The notes beneath the pieces were generated by a model, which was not told where the DNA came from, did not search any database, and saw only the letters and a program-made list of their open reading frames with translations. Shown here one piece after another: positions 36,185-45,278 of a DNA stretch of 64,000 nucleotides. Position 1 is the stretch's first letter, and each line of letters begins with the position of its first letter. Origin of the DNA: Eubacteriales bacterium (GTDB lineage Bacteria > Bacillota > Clostridia > Oscillospirales > CAG-272); contig JAZQWJ010000051.1 in NCBI GenBank assembly GCA_045632285.1, forward strand, positions 7,955 to 71,954, in the 5' to 3' direction. The position numbers and the translations under genes are program-made.

Positions 36185-36230
36185 TCTCCGCACGGCACAG
36201 CCGCACGGTCTCCCATAGGAAAGGAGTCTT

Positions 36231-37001
36231 ATGTTAGCGATCGAAAGAAGGAGAGAGATCCTGGCGCGACTGACGCTGCATGGAAAGGTGCTGGTGGCAG
36301 AGCTTGCACGGGATTTTGACGTAACCGAAGAGACCATTCGGCGCGATCTGGATCGCCTGGACAAGGAGGGGCTTGCCTCTAAAACCTATGGAGGTGCGGT
36401 TTCCAAATACAACGGGGCATTAGAGCTTCCCTATCACATCCGCGAGGACGTTCAGGTAGAGGAAAAGCAAAAGATCGCCCAACTGCTTTGCGACCTGATC
36501 AGGGATGGAGAACGCATTATGCTGGATGCAAGCTCCACCACGCTGTACGCAGTCAGGATGCTGAAGGAGAAAAAGAAAAATCTGACCGTTATCACCAATT
36601 CGGTCAGGATCCTGCTTGAGCTGGCGGATAAGACAGATTGGAACGTGATCTCTACCGGAGGGTCGCTGAGGGCCGATGCCCTCTCCTTGACGGGGGCGGT
36701 CGCCGAGCAAACGATCCGTTCTTATCACGTGGATACGGCGATCTGCTCTGCCAAGGGCGTGGATATGCAGGTGGGGATCACCGATTCTACCGAAAAGGAA
36801 TTTGCGGTCAAGCGGGCGATGTTTCAATCGGCCGAGCGCAGGATCCTTGCCACCGACTCGGATAAGCTGGAGCGCAAGTCCTTTGTCAAGCTGTTTGGTT
36901 TTCAGGAGGTGGACCTTCTGGTGACCGACAGGCAGCCTGCGGATGCGTGGAGACGCTTTTGCGAAAAAGAAAGCATTGAACTGATCTATCAAAAGGGTTG
37001 A
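36231..37001 (+). CDS. DeoR/GlpR family transcriptional regulator
   Basis: N-terminal HTH (RREILARLTLHGKVLVAELARDFDVTEETIRRDL) and a C-terminal DeoR sugar-binding domain. Confidence 0.85.
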   Translation: MLAIERRREILARLTLHGKVLVAELARDFDVTEETIRRDLDRLDKEGLASKTYGGAVSKYNGALELPYHIREDVQVEEKQKIAQLLCDLIRDGERIMLDASSTTLYAVRMLKEKKKNLTVITNSVRILLELADKTDWNVISTGGSLRADALSLTGAVAEQTIRSYHVDTAICSAKGVDMQVGITDSTEKEFAVKRAMFQSAERRILATDSDKLERKSFVKLFGFQEVDLLVTDRQPADAWRRFCEKESIELIYQKG

Positions 37002-37026
37002 CGGCGCCGCTGCGGCCCTTGAAAAG

Positions 37027-37063
37027 AAAAAGCCGATACGGATGTATCCGTGTCGGCTTTTTT
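37027..37063 (+). terminator. Rho-independent terminator
   Basis: 12-bp stem AGCCGATACGGA / TCCGTGTCGGCT with one G-U pair, followed by T6. Confidence 0.85.
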
Positions 37064-37155
37064 ATAGATCTTGCGATGCGGATGCCGACAGCGCAGCGCT
37101 GCTTTTTTATCAATGGCGACAATGCTTTTGATCCTGCGGCCAACGATAAAATGCC

Positions 37156-37184
37156 TTGATTTGTTTGGCTTTGTGTGCTATAAT
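37156..37184 (+). promoter_or_regulatory. Sigma-A promoter with extended -10
   Basis: TTGATT, 17 nt, TGC-TATAAT. Confidence 0.65.
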
Positions 37185-37212
37185 GATTGAAAACAGGAAA
37201 AGGAGATTTTGT

Positions 37213-38505
37213 ATGAGATCAACTGTATTTCGCCTTTTGTTACTTTTACTGGCCCTGCTGATGGCCCTTTCAACGGTGGCTTGCGGCGGAGAGCCTGAGC
37301 CGTCACAGCAGCCTCCCGTGCCTGAGGCACCCGAAGAGCCAAGCGGCCCTCAAGTGCTTTCGCTGAACTGGCATTTTGGCTATATGGCCTCTGATAAGCA
37401 TAATAATTTCCCCGAGCAGCTGGTAGAAAACGGCGATCGCTATTCCTATTCCGACGTATTTACTGTGGAAAAGGCGGGCACCACCATCACCTTCTGTGAC
37501 AACAACACCAACGCCGGCGGCGACCTGCGCTATGCCTCTGCCTCGGCTTACGTTATCTCAAGCTGGAAGCAGGTGGACGGCGAGTGGGTGTGGGATCGCA
37601 ACGGCGCCAATATTGCGGGCAGCAACGGCGATATGACGTCTCTTGTAGAGCACAAGATGGAGAACGGTGCGCTGACCTATTCCTACACCACCCATTTGGA
37701 TAACGAGCATTTGCGCATTTCCTTCCGCTCCGGTCAAAAGGGCAGCTTTACCCCTGCCGCATATCCCGAGGTCGTTGCGGAATATACGGGCAACGCGGGC
37801 ACCGCCATCGAACAGATCGAGTTTAATCTGTGGATGCAGGGCCTCAGAGATGCCTATCACTGTGATGCCCTGGAGGGGCTGACCGTCAATGCGCTGGGTG
37901 ACAGCTATTTTGGCGGATCGGGCTTGCCTCAGGCGCAGATCTGGTTAAATCTTTGGGCCAAAAAGTACGGTATGGAGATGCATAACTACGGCATTGGCGG
38001 CTCCACCGTGACCTACGGCGGTCACGAGCCAATGTGTGTGCGCTATGCCAATATGCAAAATAACAACGCCGATATTGTGATCCTGGAGGGGGGACGCAAC
38101 GACTTTAACGGTCAGTTCCCGTTGGGAGAGCTGAGCAGTGAAGATATCACCACCTATATGGGCGCGTGGAACGTGCTGATCGACGGTGTTCGGGAAAAAT
38201 ATCCCAATGCGATGATCGTGATGATCTCGCCCTGGAACTTCCCCTATGAGGGCGGCAAGGCGCTGCAGCGTGAGGATTATATCGGTGCGATGCGTGCTGT
38301 GGCCGAGGCACAGGGGGTGTATTTTATTGACGCATCGGTCAAAAAAGATACGGGGGTGGATATGGAGTCCCCTTATTTCCGCCGCGAATACTGTAAAAAC
38401 GAAAATGATGTCAGCCACTTGAATGCCGAGGGTATGAAGCTGGTGATGCCCAATTTTGACAAGCTGATCGCCGCCTGCTATGAGGATTTTTTGGCAAAAC
38501 AGTAA
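37213..38505 (+). CDS. Lipoprotein with C-terminal SGNH/GDSL hydrolase domain
   Basis: Lipobox LSTVAC after MRSTVFRLLLLLLALLMA. Pro/Glu-rich linker. GDSYFGG block I, GGRNDF, and the DVSHLN (DxxH) block. Confidence 0.8.
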   Translation: MRSTVFRLLLLLLALLMALSTVACGGEPEPSQQPPVPEAPEEPSGPQVLSLNWHFGYMASDKHNNFPEQLVENGDRYSYSDVFTVEKAGTTITFCDNNTNAGGDLRYASASAYVISSWKQVDGEWVWDRNGANIAGSNGDMTSLVEHKMENGALTYSYTTHLDNEHLRISFRSGQKGSFTPAAYPEVVAEYTGNAGTAIEQIEFNLWMQGLRDAYHCDALEGLTVNALGDSYFGGSGLPQAQIWLNLWAKKYGMEMHNYGIGGSTVTYGGHEPMCVRYANMQNNNADIVILEGGRNDFNGQFPLGELSSEDITTYMGAWNVLIDGVREKYPNAMIVMISPWNFPYEGGKALQREDYIGAMRAVAEAQGVYFIDASVKKDTGVDMESPYFRREYCKNENDVSHLNAEGMKLVMPNFDKLIAACYEDFLAKQ

Positions 38506-38508
38506 GGA

Positions 38509-39411
38509 GTGAGTAGGTTGCTTTTTGCCCCCGCCTATTATAAAAAATTCAGGTGTATTGCCGACAAATGCACCCACAGCTGTTGTGTTGGCTGGGAGAT
38601 CGATATAGACGACGATACCGCAGCGCTGTATGAGGCGCTCCCCGGACGATTTGGAAGCGATGTGCGAGCGGGGATCCAAAAGGGAGAGGATGGCGCGTGC
38701 TTTGCGCTACGCCCCGACGGGCGCTGCCCCAATTTGGATGATAGAGGGCTTTGCCGTATTATTTCCGAACTGGGAGAGGACTATCTATGTGACATCTGCC
38801 GCGAGCATCCCCGCTTTTATAACGTGATAGGGGAGCGGACAGAGTGTGGCGTGGGTGCCTCTTGTGAGGCGGCCGCCGCATTGATCTTGAACGAGGATTA
38901 TGCCGTTATTGAGCCCCTTGATGCCAAGGACGGTATCGAAAACAGCCATACGTGCGGCGATTTTGATGCCATTTCCGTAAGAAACGCGCTTTATGCTGTG
39001 CTTGGCGACCGCGGCACGCCCTATTGCGCACGGCTTGCGGCCGTTCGTGCAGCGTTTGCCGTTTCTGCGCAGCTTGAGGGCGTTTTGCCCGACACGCTGG
39101 AATATCTGGATGCGTCGCACAAAACGCTTTTTGAAAAAAGCTTTGGCAAAGATCATAAACCGACCGCGCGTGAGGCGATCCTATGCGAGCGCTTTTTGGC
39201 GTATTTGATCTACCGACACGCCGCCGAGGCCGAGAGTCTTGCCGAGCATCGATTGGCGATAGCCCTTGCGTTGGAGCTGGAGCGACTGTTTCGCACCTTG
39301 CTTGGGCAGGGAACAGACCCCGTCAAGGCGGCGGTCACCGTGTCGGAGGAGATGGAGTATTCTGAGGATAATCTGGCGGCCATCCGCGCCGCTCTTGCCG
39401 AAAAAGCGTAA
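38509..39411 (+). CDS. FliB-like / YkgJ-type cysteine-cluster protein (the family annotated as flagellin lysine-N-methylase)
   Basis: N-terminal FRCIADKCTHSCCVGWEIDIDDDTAALY matches the F-x-C-x3-C-x3-CC-x-GW-x-I-x-ID pattern of FliB-like proteins. Start is GTG 38509 or TTG 38518. Lies 3 nt after the lipoprotein gene. Confidence 0.6.
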   Translation: MSRLLFAPAYYKKFRCIADKCTHSCCVGWEIDIDDDTAALYEALPGRFGSDVRAGIQKGEDGACFALRPDGRCPNLDDRGLCRIISELGEDYLCDICREHPRFYNVIGERTECGVGASCEAAAALILNEDYAVIEPLDAKDGIENSHTCGDFDAISVRNALYAVLGDRGTPYCARLAAVRAAFAVSAQLEGVLPDTLEYLDASHKTLFEKSFGKDHKPTAREAILCERFLAYLIYRHAAEAESLAEHRLAIALALELERLFRTLLGQGTDPVKAAVTVSEEMEYSEDNLAAIRAALAEKA

Positions 39412-39447
39412 AAAAAGCCCGAAAACGGTATCCGTTTCGGGCTTTTT
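39411..39447. terminator. Bidirectional terminator
   Basis: GCCCGAAAACGG-TAT-CCGTTTCGGGC flanked by A6 and T5. Confidence 0.85.
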
Positions 39448-39449
39448 GC

Positions 39450-40103
39450 TTATTCCAGATTTTCGATATAGCGGTCGATGATGCGGAACAGCCGCTGATA
39501 GCCTGCGTCGTTGGGGTGCAGGCCGTCGGTGGTGAATTTTTCTGCGATCACGGGGATCTGGGGCTGGATGCCCGACTCGGTGCGCAGATCCAGCACGGGG
39601 CAGGCAAAGTAAGCGGCATTTTGGCGAATGGCCTCTGCATATTGATCCAGCGACCAGTATCCGTCGCCCTTATAGCGGGGCTCGGGCTTGGTTTTTCGGT
39701 GCAGGGGAGTGAAATAGACGATGCGTGCGGTGGGGTACTTGTTGATCAGGTCAAGAGTCAGTGTGTACAGCGCACCGTAAAAGGTGTCGTTGGTCTTGCA
39801 GCCAAAGCTGCCCATGGGGGCATCGCCGTGGCCAAAGTCGTTGGTGCCGCCAAAGATGCAGACGAGATCCGCCTCCTCGGGCATTTCGGGCACGCGGCTG
39901 ACAAAGTCCAGATCCCAACGGGGGTTTTCAGAGGGGGCCTTCTGTTTTGCAATGCGGGTGCCGCCGATGCCGAAGTTATACACCTTGGCCTCGGGATGGG
40001 CTGCCGCAAACAGCGACACGTAGCACTTATCCTTTGCGCTGGCGCCTGCGCCCTCGGTAATGCTGTCACCAAGGAAGCAGACGGTCTTTCCGTTCAAATT
40101 CAT
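39450..40103 (-). CDS. SGNH/GDSL hydrolase (single domain)
   Basis: 217 aa. FLGDSITEG, GGTNDF, DGLHPN. Confidence 0.85.
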   Translation of the reverse strand: MNLNGKTVCFLGDSITEGAGASAKDKCYVSLFAAAHPEAKVYNFGIGGTRIAKQKAPSENPRWDLDFVSRVPEMPEEADLVCIFGGTNDFGHGDAPMGSFGCKTNDTFYGALYTLTLDLINKYPTARIVYFTPLHRKTKPEPRYKGDGYWSLDQYAEAIRQNAAYFACPVLDLRTESGIQPQIPVIAEKFTTDGLHPNDAGYQRLFRIIDRYIENLE

Positions 40104-40189
40104 ATGATATCCTCCTGAAAGAGAAATTTAGTCACCCTTATTGTACTTTTTTTAGGTAGGCTTGTCAATCTTTTTTTGAAAAAAGTGAC

Positions 40190-41980
40190 TTATTTCTCCA
40201 CCAAAAACAGTGCGGTGTCGCAGGGCTTCAGCGTGAAAATGACGGTTTGCCCCTCCACGCGCACGTCGGTGGCACCAAACAGCGGCGTTACGCGGCACGC
40301 TTTGGGTAGGCAAAGCCGTTTTTCTCCACCCGTTTCGCTGTGTAATGCCACGTAGCCGTTGCCTGCATAGACCACGTTTCCCTCCGTATCGTACAGATGC
40401 ACGCCCGCATTTTTCAGGAACGCGGTCTGCTCCTCAAGGGTGAGGACGGGATGCTCCAGCGTGGCGGTGAGGTAGGGAATGCCCCGCTCGCGGCAGAGTG
40501 CCATGGCGCGCTCGCCTGCGGGGGAGGGGATGGGAGATGGGAAAATAACCGCCTTGTATTTGTGCAAATAGTCGGCAATGCCCTCGACCATCTCCCCGTC
40601 AAAGGGAGCGCCCACATTGCCCGTAACAATGCGATTGGCAGACACCGCGCTGTCGGCGGCGTGCCTCGCGCACAGATTTTCCTTGGCCTGCTCATCGGCG
40701 ATCACCGCCACCTCGGCGGCAAAAGCGCGGTTGGCGCGAGATACCGCTTGCTCCTGGATATCCTTGAACTTTGCAAGCGCCTCCATCAAAATAGGATCGT
40801 TGTACCATCCGCCCCACATATCAAACCACCAGATGCCCGAGGCCTTGGTCAGCTGATGTGCAAAGCACTTGCGCAACGCCGCGCGGGAAAGCTCCGGCGT
40901 GGGCGGCCCTGACCACACCGAGGGCTCGCCCGGCTTGGATAAGGGATAGATGTCAAGCGGATACACGCCGGGGCGGGCTTCCTGTACGCCCGTGGTCAGA
41001 TAGGTGCGGATGTCGCACTCGACAAAGGCCAGCTTGCCGTGGCGCTTGATGGCATCCACGGGCAGCATATCCGCCCAATCGATACCAAAGCGACGGGCAT
41101 AGGTATAGGAGTTGGGCGAGGAGAAAAAGTCCAGATAGGGAGAGTCAAGCAGCTTGCGCAGGGCACAGCTGCCGGGCAGAATGCGTTGGAATACGTAGCC
41201 GTAAAAGGTGCCCACGATCTGATCGATGCCCACCGCCTCCTTGACGGTCTTTGCAAAGTGCGCAAGGCTTTTTGCTACGCATACGTTACCAAATTCCACA
41301 TACCGTTTCGCGTTTTCGTCTGCACAGACCCCCTCGCCTCGCAGAGCTTCAAAATCGGGGGCGGGGGCATTTTCTATGCCGTAGACCTCTCGCATATAGC
41401 GGCGAAAGCCGCGCAGCACGGCAGGGGCGGGGTAGCCGCACAGATCGTGGTGAAACCACTCCTGGGTCTGGCCGCCGCACAGCTGCCAGCCCGCAATGCG
41501 GGGGGCATAATCGGCGGCCTTGATGTGCGCCACGATCTTGCGTAGCATCTCGGCACCGTCACGGCGAAAGGCCTCGGAGCCGAGGAATTCACGCCGTCCG
41601 CCCTTTGGGGTGTCGATGCACTCGCCGTCGTTTTCTGCCGTCCACCAACGGGGCATGCTGACATAGATGCGGGGGAAGATATAGGCATCGGGGCAGGCGC
41701 GCAGGATCTTGCGCACCGCGTCCTCAAATTCGCTGTAATCGGGGGCTGTGGGATCCTCAAACACGCCCACGCGAAAGGGGGTAAAGCCGGTTACCGCGCT
41801 GTTGATGGGCAGGGCGGTCATACTGATATTAACAAAGAAAATGCGGTAGCCCGCCTTGATAAAATCCTCGTAGCGGCTGCGCTCCTCAAAATAGGTGGTG
41901 TATGCGGCGGCGGGCAGCAGGCGGCCGTCGATCTCGATCTCCGGTCTGCCGTCCACGCACAGAATGCGACTGCTTAACAT
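40190..41980 (-). CDS. Putative glycoside hydrolase-like TIM-barrel protein, family unassigned
   Basis: 596 aa with no signal peptide. Start MLSSRIL with an AGGGGG RBS. Segments such as GWQLCGGQTQEWFHH and WWFDMWGGWY are reminiscent of GH42/GH35-type barrels, but I cannot assign a family. Confidence 0.4.
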   Translation of the reverse strand: MLSSRILCVDGRPEIEIDGRLLPAAAYTTYFEERSRYEDFIKAGYRIFFVNISMTALPINSAVTGFTPFRVGVFEDPTAPDYSEFEDAVRKILRACPDAYIFPRIYVSMPRWWTAENDGECIDTPKGGRREFLGSEAFRRDGAEMLRKIVAHIKAADYAPRIAGWQLCGGQTQEWFHHDLCGYPAPAVLRGFRRYMREVYGIENAPAPDFEALRGEGVCADENAKRYVEFGNVCVAKSLAHFAKTVKEAVGIDQIVGTFYGYVFQRILPGSCALRKLLDSPYLDFFSSPNSYTYARRFGIDWADMLPVDAIKRHGKLAFVECDIRTYLTTGVQEARPGVYPLDIYPLSKPGEPSVWSGPPTPELSRAALRKCFAHQLTKASGIWWFDMWGGWYNDPILMEALAKFKDIQEQAVSRANRAFAAEVAVIADEQAKENLCARHAADSAVSANRIVTGNVGAPFDGEMVEGIADYLHKYKAVIFPSPIPSPAGERAMALCRERGIPYLTATLEHPVLTLEEQTAFLKNAGVHLYDTEGNVVYAGNGYVALHSETGGEKRLCLPKACRVTPLFGATDVRVEGQTVIFTLKPCDTALFLVEK

Positions 41981-42112
41981 AGCGTTGCCCCCTTGCTTCT
42001 TTTTCTTTATCATAACACATCAAGCACCGCTTTGCAATCCCTTTTCCGTGGAGTGGCACAAAAAACGCTACCCGTTGTGGTATTTTTGCAAAATGAAATC
42101 CTGTAAAGGGGG

Positions 42113-42141
42113 TTGACTTTTGCTTTTTTTGTCTTTATAAT
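42113..42141 (+). promoter_or_regulatory. Sigma-A promoter for TIM-barrel paralogs 1 and 2
   Basis: TTGACT, 17 nt, TATAAT. Confidence 0.7.
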
Positions 42142-42151
42142 GTAATCAATA

Positions 42152-42163
42152 CGGGCATGCCCG
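42152..42163. promoter_or_regulatory. Perfect 12-nt palindrome at the predicted transcript start (operator or 5' stem candidate)
   Basis: CGGGCATGCCCG lies about 10-20 nt downstream of the -10 box. Confidence 0.3.
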
Positions 42164-42182
42164 ATTTTAGGAGGATAAGATT

Positions 42183-43127
42183 ATGTTGAAGGTTGGCGTA
42201 CAGTCTGCTGGCTGGTATTCTAAAGACGATCCCGTTGGCTCTTGCGAGTACATCAAGGAATGTGGCTTTGAGGCGATGGATTTCAATATCGATCATTACC
42301 TGAGTGTGGGTAAATTGATCAAGGAGGGCGTTTACCCCTCGTTTTTTGACAAGAGCATCGAGGAGATCCTGACGTTCTTCACCCCCCTCAAGGAGGCAAG
42401 CGAAAAGACCGGCGTTGCCGTTGGTCAGATGCACGCGCCCTTCCCGGTTTGGGTCAAGGACCGCGAGGAGATCAACGACTATATCTTTATGGCGCTGGAC
42501 AAGTGCTTTGCCGTGGCAGAGTATCTGAATTGCCCTGCCATCGTGGTGCATCCTGTCAACCGCTCTACCAGAGAGAAGGAGTGGGACACCAACCTGATGA
42601 TCTACCGCCGTCTGATCCCCGTGATCAAAAAGTACAAGGGCGTTAAGATCTGCCTGGAGAACATCTTCAGCCGCCGTCCCAACCGCATCATCGAGGGTCG
42701 CCTTGCTAACGCAGAGGAGGCCTGCCGCATGATCGACCTGCTCAACAAGGAGGCAGGCGGTGACTACTTTGGCTTCTGCCTTGACGTGGGTCACGCCAAT
42801 CTGACCAACCGTAACATCAAGGAGTACGTCAAGGAGCTGGGCGATCGCCTCACCATCCTGCACATCCACGACAACAACGGCTTTGAGGATATGCACATGA
42901 TCCCTTATTCCTATCTGGCAACCCCCTCCAGCCACGTGTGCGACTGGCAGGGCTTTGTAGAGGGTCTGAAGGAGATCGGCTACAAGGGCGTGCTGGCCTT
43001 TGAGACCTTCCGTATCTTCTCGGCTTATCCCGTTCCCTGCCGCAAGGCCGCGCTGAACCTGATCAGCTCCATCGGCCACTACTGGGCCGAGTGCATCGAC
43101 GATCCCAACTGGCCCGCAGCAAAATAA
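42183..43127 (+). CDS. Xylose-isomerase-like TIM-barrel protein, paralog 1
   Basis: 314 aa. MLKVGVQSAGWY, AIVVHP, CLEN, DVGHAN, HIHDN, FET. AGGAGG RBS. Confidence 0.8.
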   Translation: MLKVGVQSAGWYSKDDPVGSCEYIKECGFEAMDFNIDHYLSVGKLIKEGVYPSFFDKSIEEILTFFTPLKEASEKTGVAVGQMHAPFPVWVKDREEINDYIFMALDKCFAVAEYLNCPAIVVHPVNRSTREKEWDTNLMIYRRLIPVIKKYKGVKICLENIFSRRPNRIIEGRLANAEEACRMIDLLNKEAGGDYFGFCLDVGHANLTNRNIKEYVKELGDRLTILHIHDNNGFEDMHMIPYSYLATPSSHVCDWQGFVEGLKEIGYKGVLAFETFRIFSAYPVPCRKAALNLISSIGHYWAECIDDPNWPAAK

Positions 43128-43137
43128 TGATAAATCA

Positions 43138-43162
43138 TATGGGCGCGGTATCCGCGCCCATA
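43138..43162 (+). other. Intercistronic stem-loop between paralogs 1 and 2
   Basis: TATGGGCGCGG-TAT-CCGCGCCCATA is an 11-bp perfect stem with no U-tract. It sits 10 nt after the stop and 20 nt before the next ATG. Confidence 0.6.
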
Positions 43163-43181
43163 CGTGTAAAGGAGAGCAGTT

Positions 43182-44129
43182 ATGTTAAAAGTAGGTGTAC
43201 AGTCCTGCGGTTTTTACCGCGATGACGACCCCGTAGGATCTTTGGAATATATCAAGGCAAGAGGCTTTCAGTCTGTGGACTTCAACATTGATCTGAAAAT
43301 GCCCGTGGGCCGCCTTGTCAAGCAAAAAAACGGCCCGTTTGACAGCTTTTTCAGCAAATCCACCGAGGAGATCCTGGATTTTTATCGCCCCTTAAAGGAC
43401 GCCATCGCGCAGACCGGCGTGACCGTGGATCAGATGCACGCGCCCTTTCCCAGCTTTTTTCCCGGATATGACGAGCTCAACGACTATCTTTTCGAGGGCG
43501 TAGTCAAGTCCATGGCGGTCTGTCAGCTGGTCGGCTGCCCCGCCATCGTGGTGCATCCCACCCAGCGCTCTACCTTTGAAAAGGAGTGGGATACCAATCT
43601 GGCAAACTATCGCCGCCTGATCCCCGCCGCAAAGAAATACGGCGTTAAGGTGTGTCTGGAGAATATTTTCAACAACCGCGGCGGACGTATGGTAGAGGGT
43701 CGCCTTTCCAACGCCGCCGATGCCTGCCGTCTGATCGATCAGCTCAACGAGGAGGCGGGTGAGGAGTGCTTTGGCTTTTGTTTTGACATCGGCCACGCCA
43801 ATCTCACCAACCGCAACGTCAAGGAGTACGTCAAGACCCTTGGCCACCGTTTGACGATCCTGCACATTCACGACAACAACGGCAAGGATGATCTGCATAT
43901 GATCCCTTACTCCTATCTGGCAACGCCCAACCTGCATTCGATCGACTGGCAGGGCTTTGTAGAGGGCTTAAAGGAGATCGGCTACAAGGGCGTGCTCGGC
44001 TTTGAGGTCTGCCGCACCTGGATCGCTTATCCCAAGGCAGTGCACGATCTTATGCTGAACTTTGTGGCGGGCATCGGCAAATACTGGGCCGAGTGCATCG
44101 ACGACCCCGATTGGCCCGCAAAAAAGTAA
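43182..44129 (+). CDS. Xylose-isomerase-like TIM-barrel protein, paralog 2
   Basis: 315 aa. MLKVGVQSCGFY, AIVVHP, CLEN, DIGHAN, HIHDN, FEV. Confidence 0.8.
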   Translation: MLKVGVQSCGFYRDDDPVGSLEYIKARGFQSVDFNIDLKMPVGRLVKQKNGPFDSFFSKSTEEILDFYRPLKDAIAQTGVTVDQMHAPFPSFFPGYDELNDYLFEGVVKSMAVCQLVGCPAIVVHPTQRSTFEKEWDTNLANYRRLIPAAKKYGVKVCLENIFNNRGGRMVEGRLSNAADACRLIDQLNEEAGEECFGFCFDIGHANLTNRNVKEYVKTLGHRLTILHIHDNNGKDDLHMIPYSYLATPNLHSIDWQGFVEGLKEIGYKGVLGFEVCRTWIAYPKAVHDLMLNFVAGIGKYWAECIDDPDWPAKK

Positions 44130-44137
44130 CAAAAATA

Positions 44138-44171
44138 ACAGAAAACCCCGACACGTGTCGGGGTTTTCTGT
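44138..44171. terminator. Bidirectional terminator (34-nt perfect palindrome)
   Basis: ACAGAAAACCCCGACAC / GTGTCGGGGTTTTCTGT. Confidence 0.9.
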
Positions 44172-44189
44172 TGTTTAACTCGTTTGCGC

Positions 44190-45194
44190 TCAATCGATCC
44201 TTACCAGTACCTTGCCCCGCTTGGTGAGCGCGGGAGCAAGCATTTCTGCGGCGGCCTCATCCATCGAAAGCTCACCTGCGATGATCTTATCGGTCTGCAA
44301 TACGCCGCTTGCCAGCACCTGCACCGCACGGTCAGTGGTGTGAGGATTGACAAAGGAGGTCTTGATGGTCAGTTCCTTGCAGAAGGCATCATAGAGCGAA
44401 ATGGGCAGCTTCACCGCAGAATCGCTGACGCCGAACATCACAACGGTCGCACCCTTGCCTGCCACAGCCAGAGCCGTTTCCTGCGCAGGACCAACGCCAA
44501 CACATTCAATAACACGCTGAACGGGGTGCGTTTCGGCGTATTTTGCGATCGCCTCACTATCCTGCGCAGGCAGGAAAAGCGTGGCGCCAAGCTCCATCGC
44601 AAGGCCTCGGCGTGCCTCGTTGGCATCGATCACCAGAACCTCACCCGCACCCGCATTTTTGATCAGCTGCAGCATCATGGCACCGATGGCACCAAGGCCG
44701 ATCAGCGCAACACGCTCACCGTGGCGAATGCCAAGCAGATCCATACCGCGCAAGCAACAAGCAAGGGGCTCGCAAAGCGCGGCGTCGCGCAAAGAAAGGC
44801 CGGAGGGGAGGGGATATACGTTTTCTTCGGGAGAAACCACAAACTCGGCCATTCCCTTTACAACGCCTCGTCCGTTTTCGCAAAAGGAGCTTTGGCCGTT
44901 TTTGCAGTAATAGCATTTCCCGCAGGTCCAGTTGGGATCCACCGTTACGGGGTCGCCGACGCGAAATGCGGTCACACCCTCGCCGATAGCCTCAACCACA
45001 CCGGAGATCTCGTGTCCAAGCGGCACGGGATAGCGCACAGGGTGGGTATTCTTTTTGCCTGCGACCTTATGAAAATCACTGCCGCAAATGCCGCAAAATG
45101 CGACCCGTACCCGCACTTCTCCGGCTTTGGGAATGGGGGTTGGAAGCTCGCCCACGGTCACATTGCCGGGGTCGTTCAAAATCACTGCCTTCAT
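44190..45194 (-). CDS. Zinc-dependent alcohol/polyol dehydrogenase (MDR family)
   Basis: MKAVILNDPG..., the catalytic zinc region CGICGSDFH...GHEISG, a structural-zinc Cys cluster CGKCYYCKNG, and Rossmann GLGAIG. AAGGAG RBS. Confidence 0.85.
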   Translation of the reverse strand: MKAVILNDPGNVTVGELPTPIPKAGEVRVRVAFCGICGSDFHKVAGKKNTHPVRYPVPLGHEISGVVEAIGEGVTAFRVGDPVTVDPNWTCGKCYYCKNGQSSFCENGRGVVKGMAEFVVSPEENVYPLPSGLSLRDAALCEPLACCLRGMDLLGIRHGERVALIGLGAIGAMMLQLIKNAGAGEVLVIDANEARRGLAMELGATLFLPAQDSEAIAKYAETHPVQRVIECVGVGPAQETALAVAGKGATVVMFGVSDSAVKLPISLYDAFCKELTIKTSFVNPHTTDRAVQVLASGVLQTDKIIAGELSMDEAAAEMLAPALTKRGKVLVRID

Positions 45195-45278
45195 TTTTCG
45201 CGCTCCTTGCTGTTTTTTATCATTATAGCACAAGCACAAACACAATACAAGGATTTTTCAAAAAGTTCCTGCAATGGC

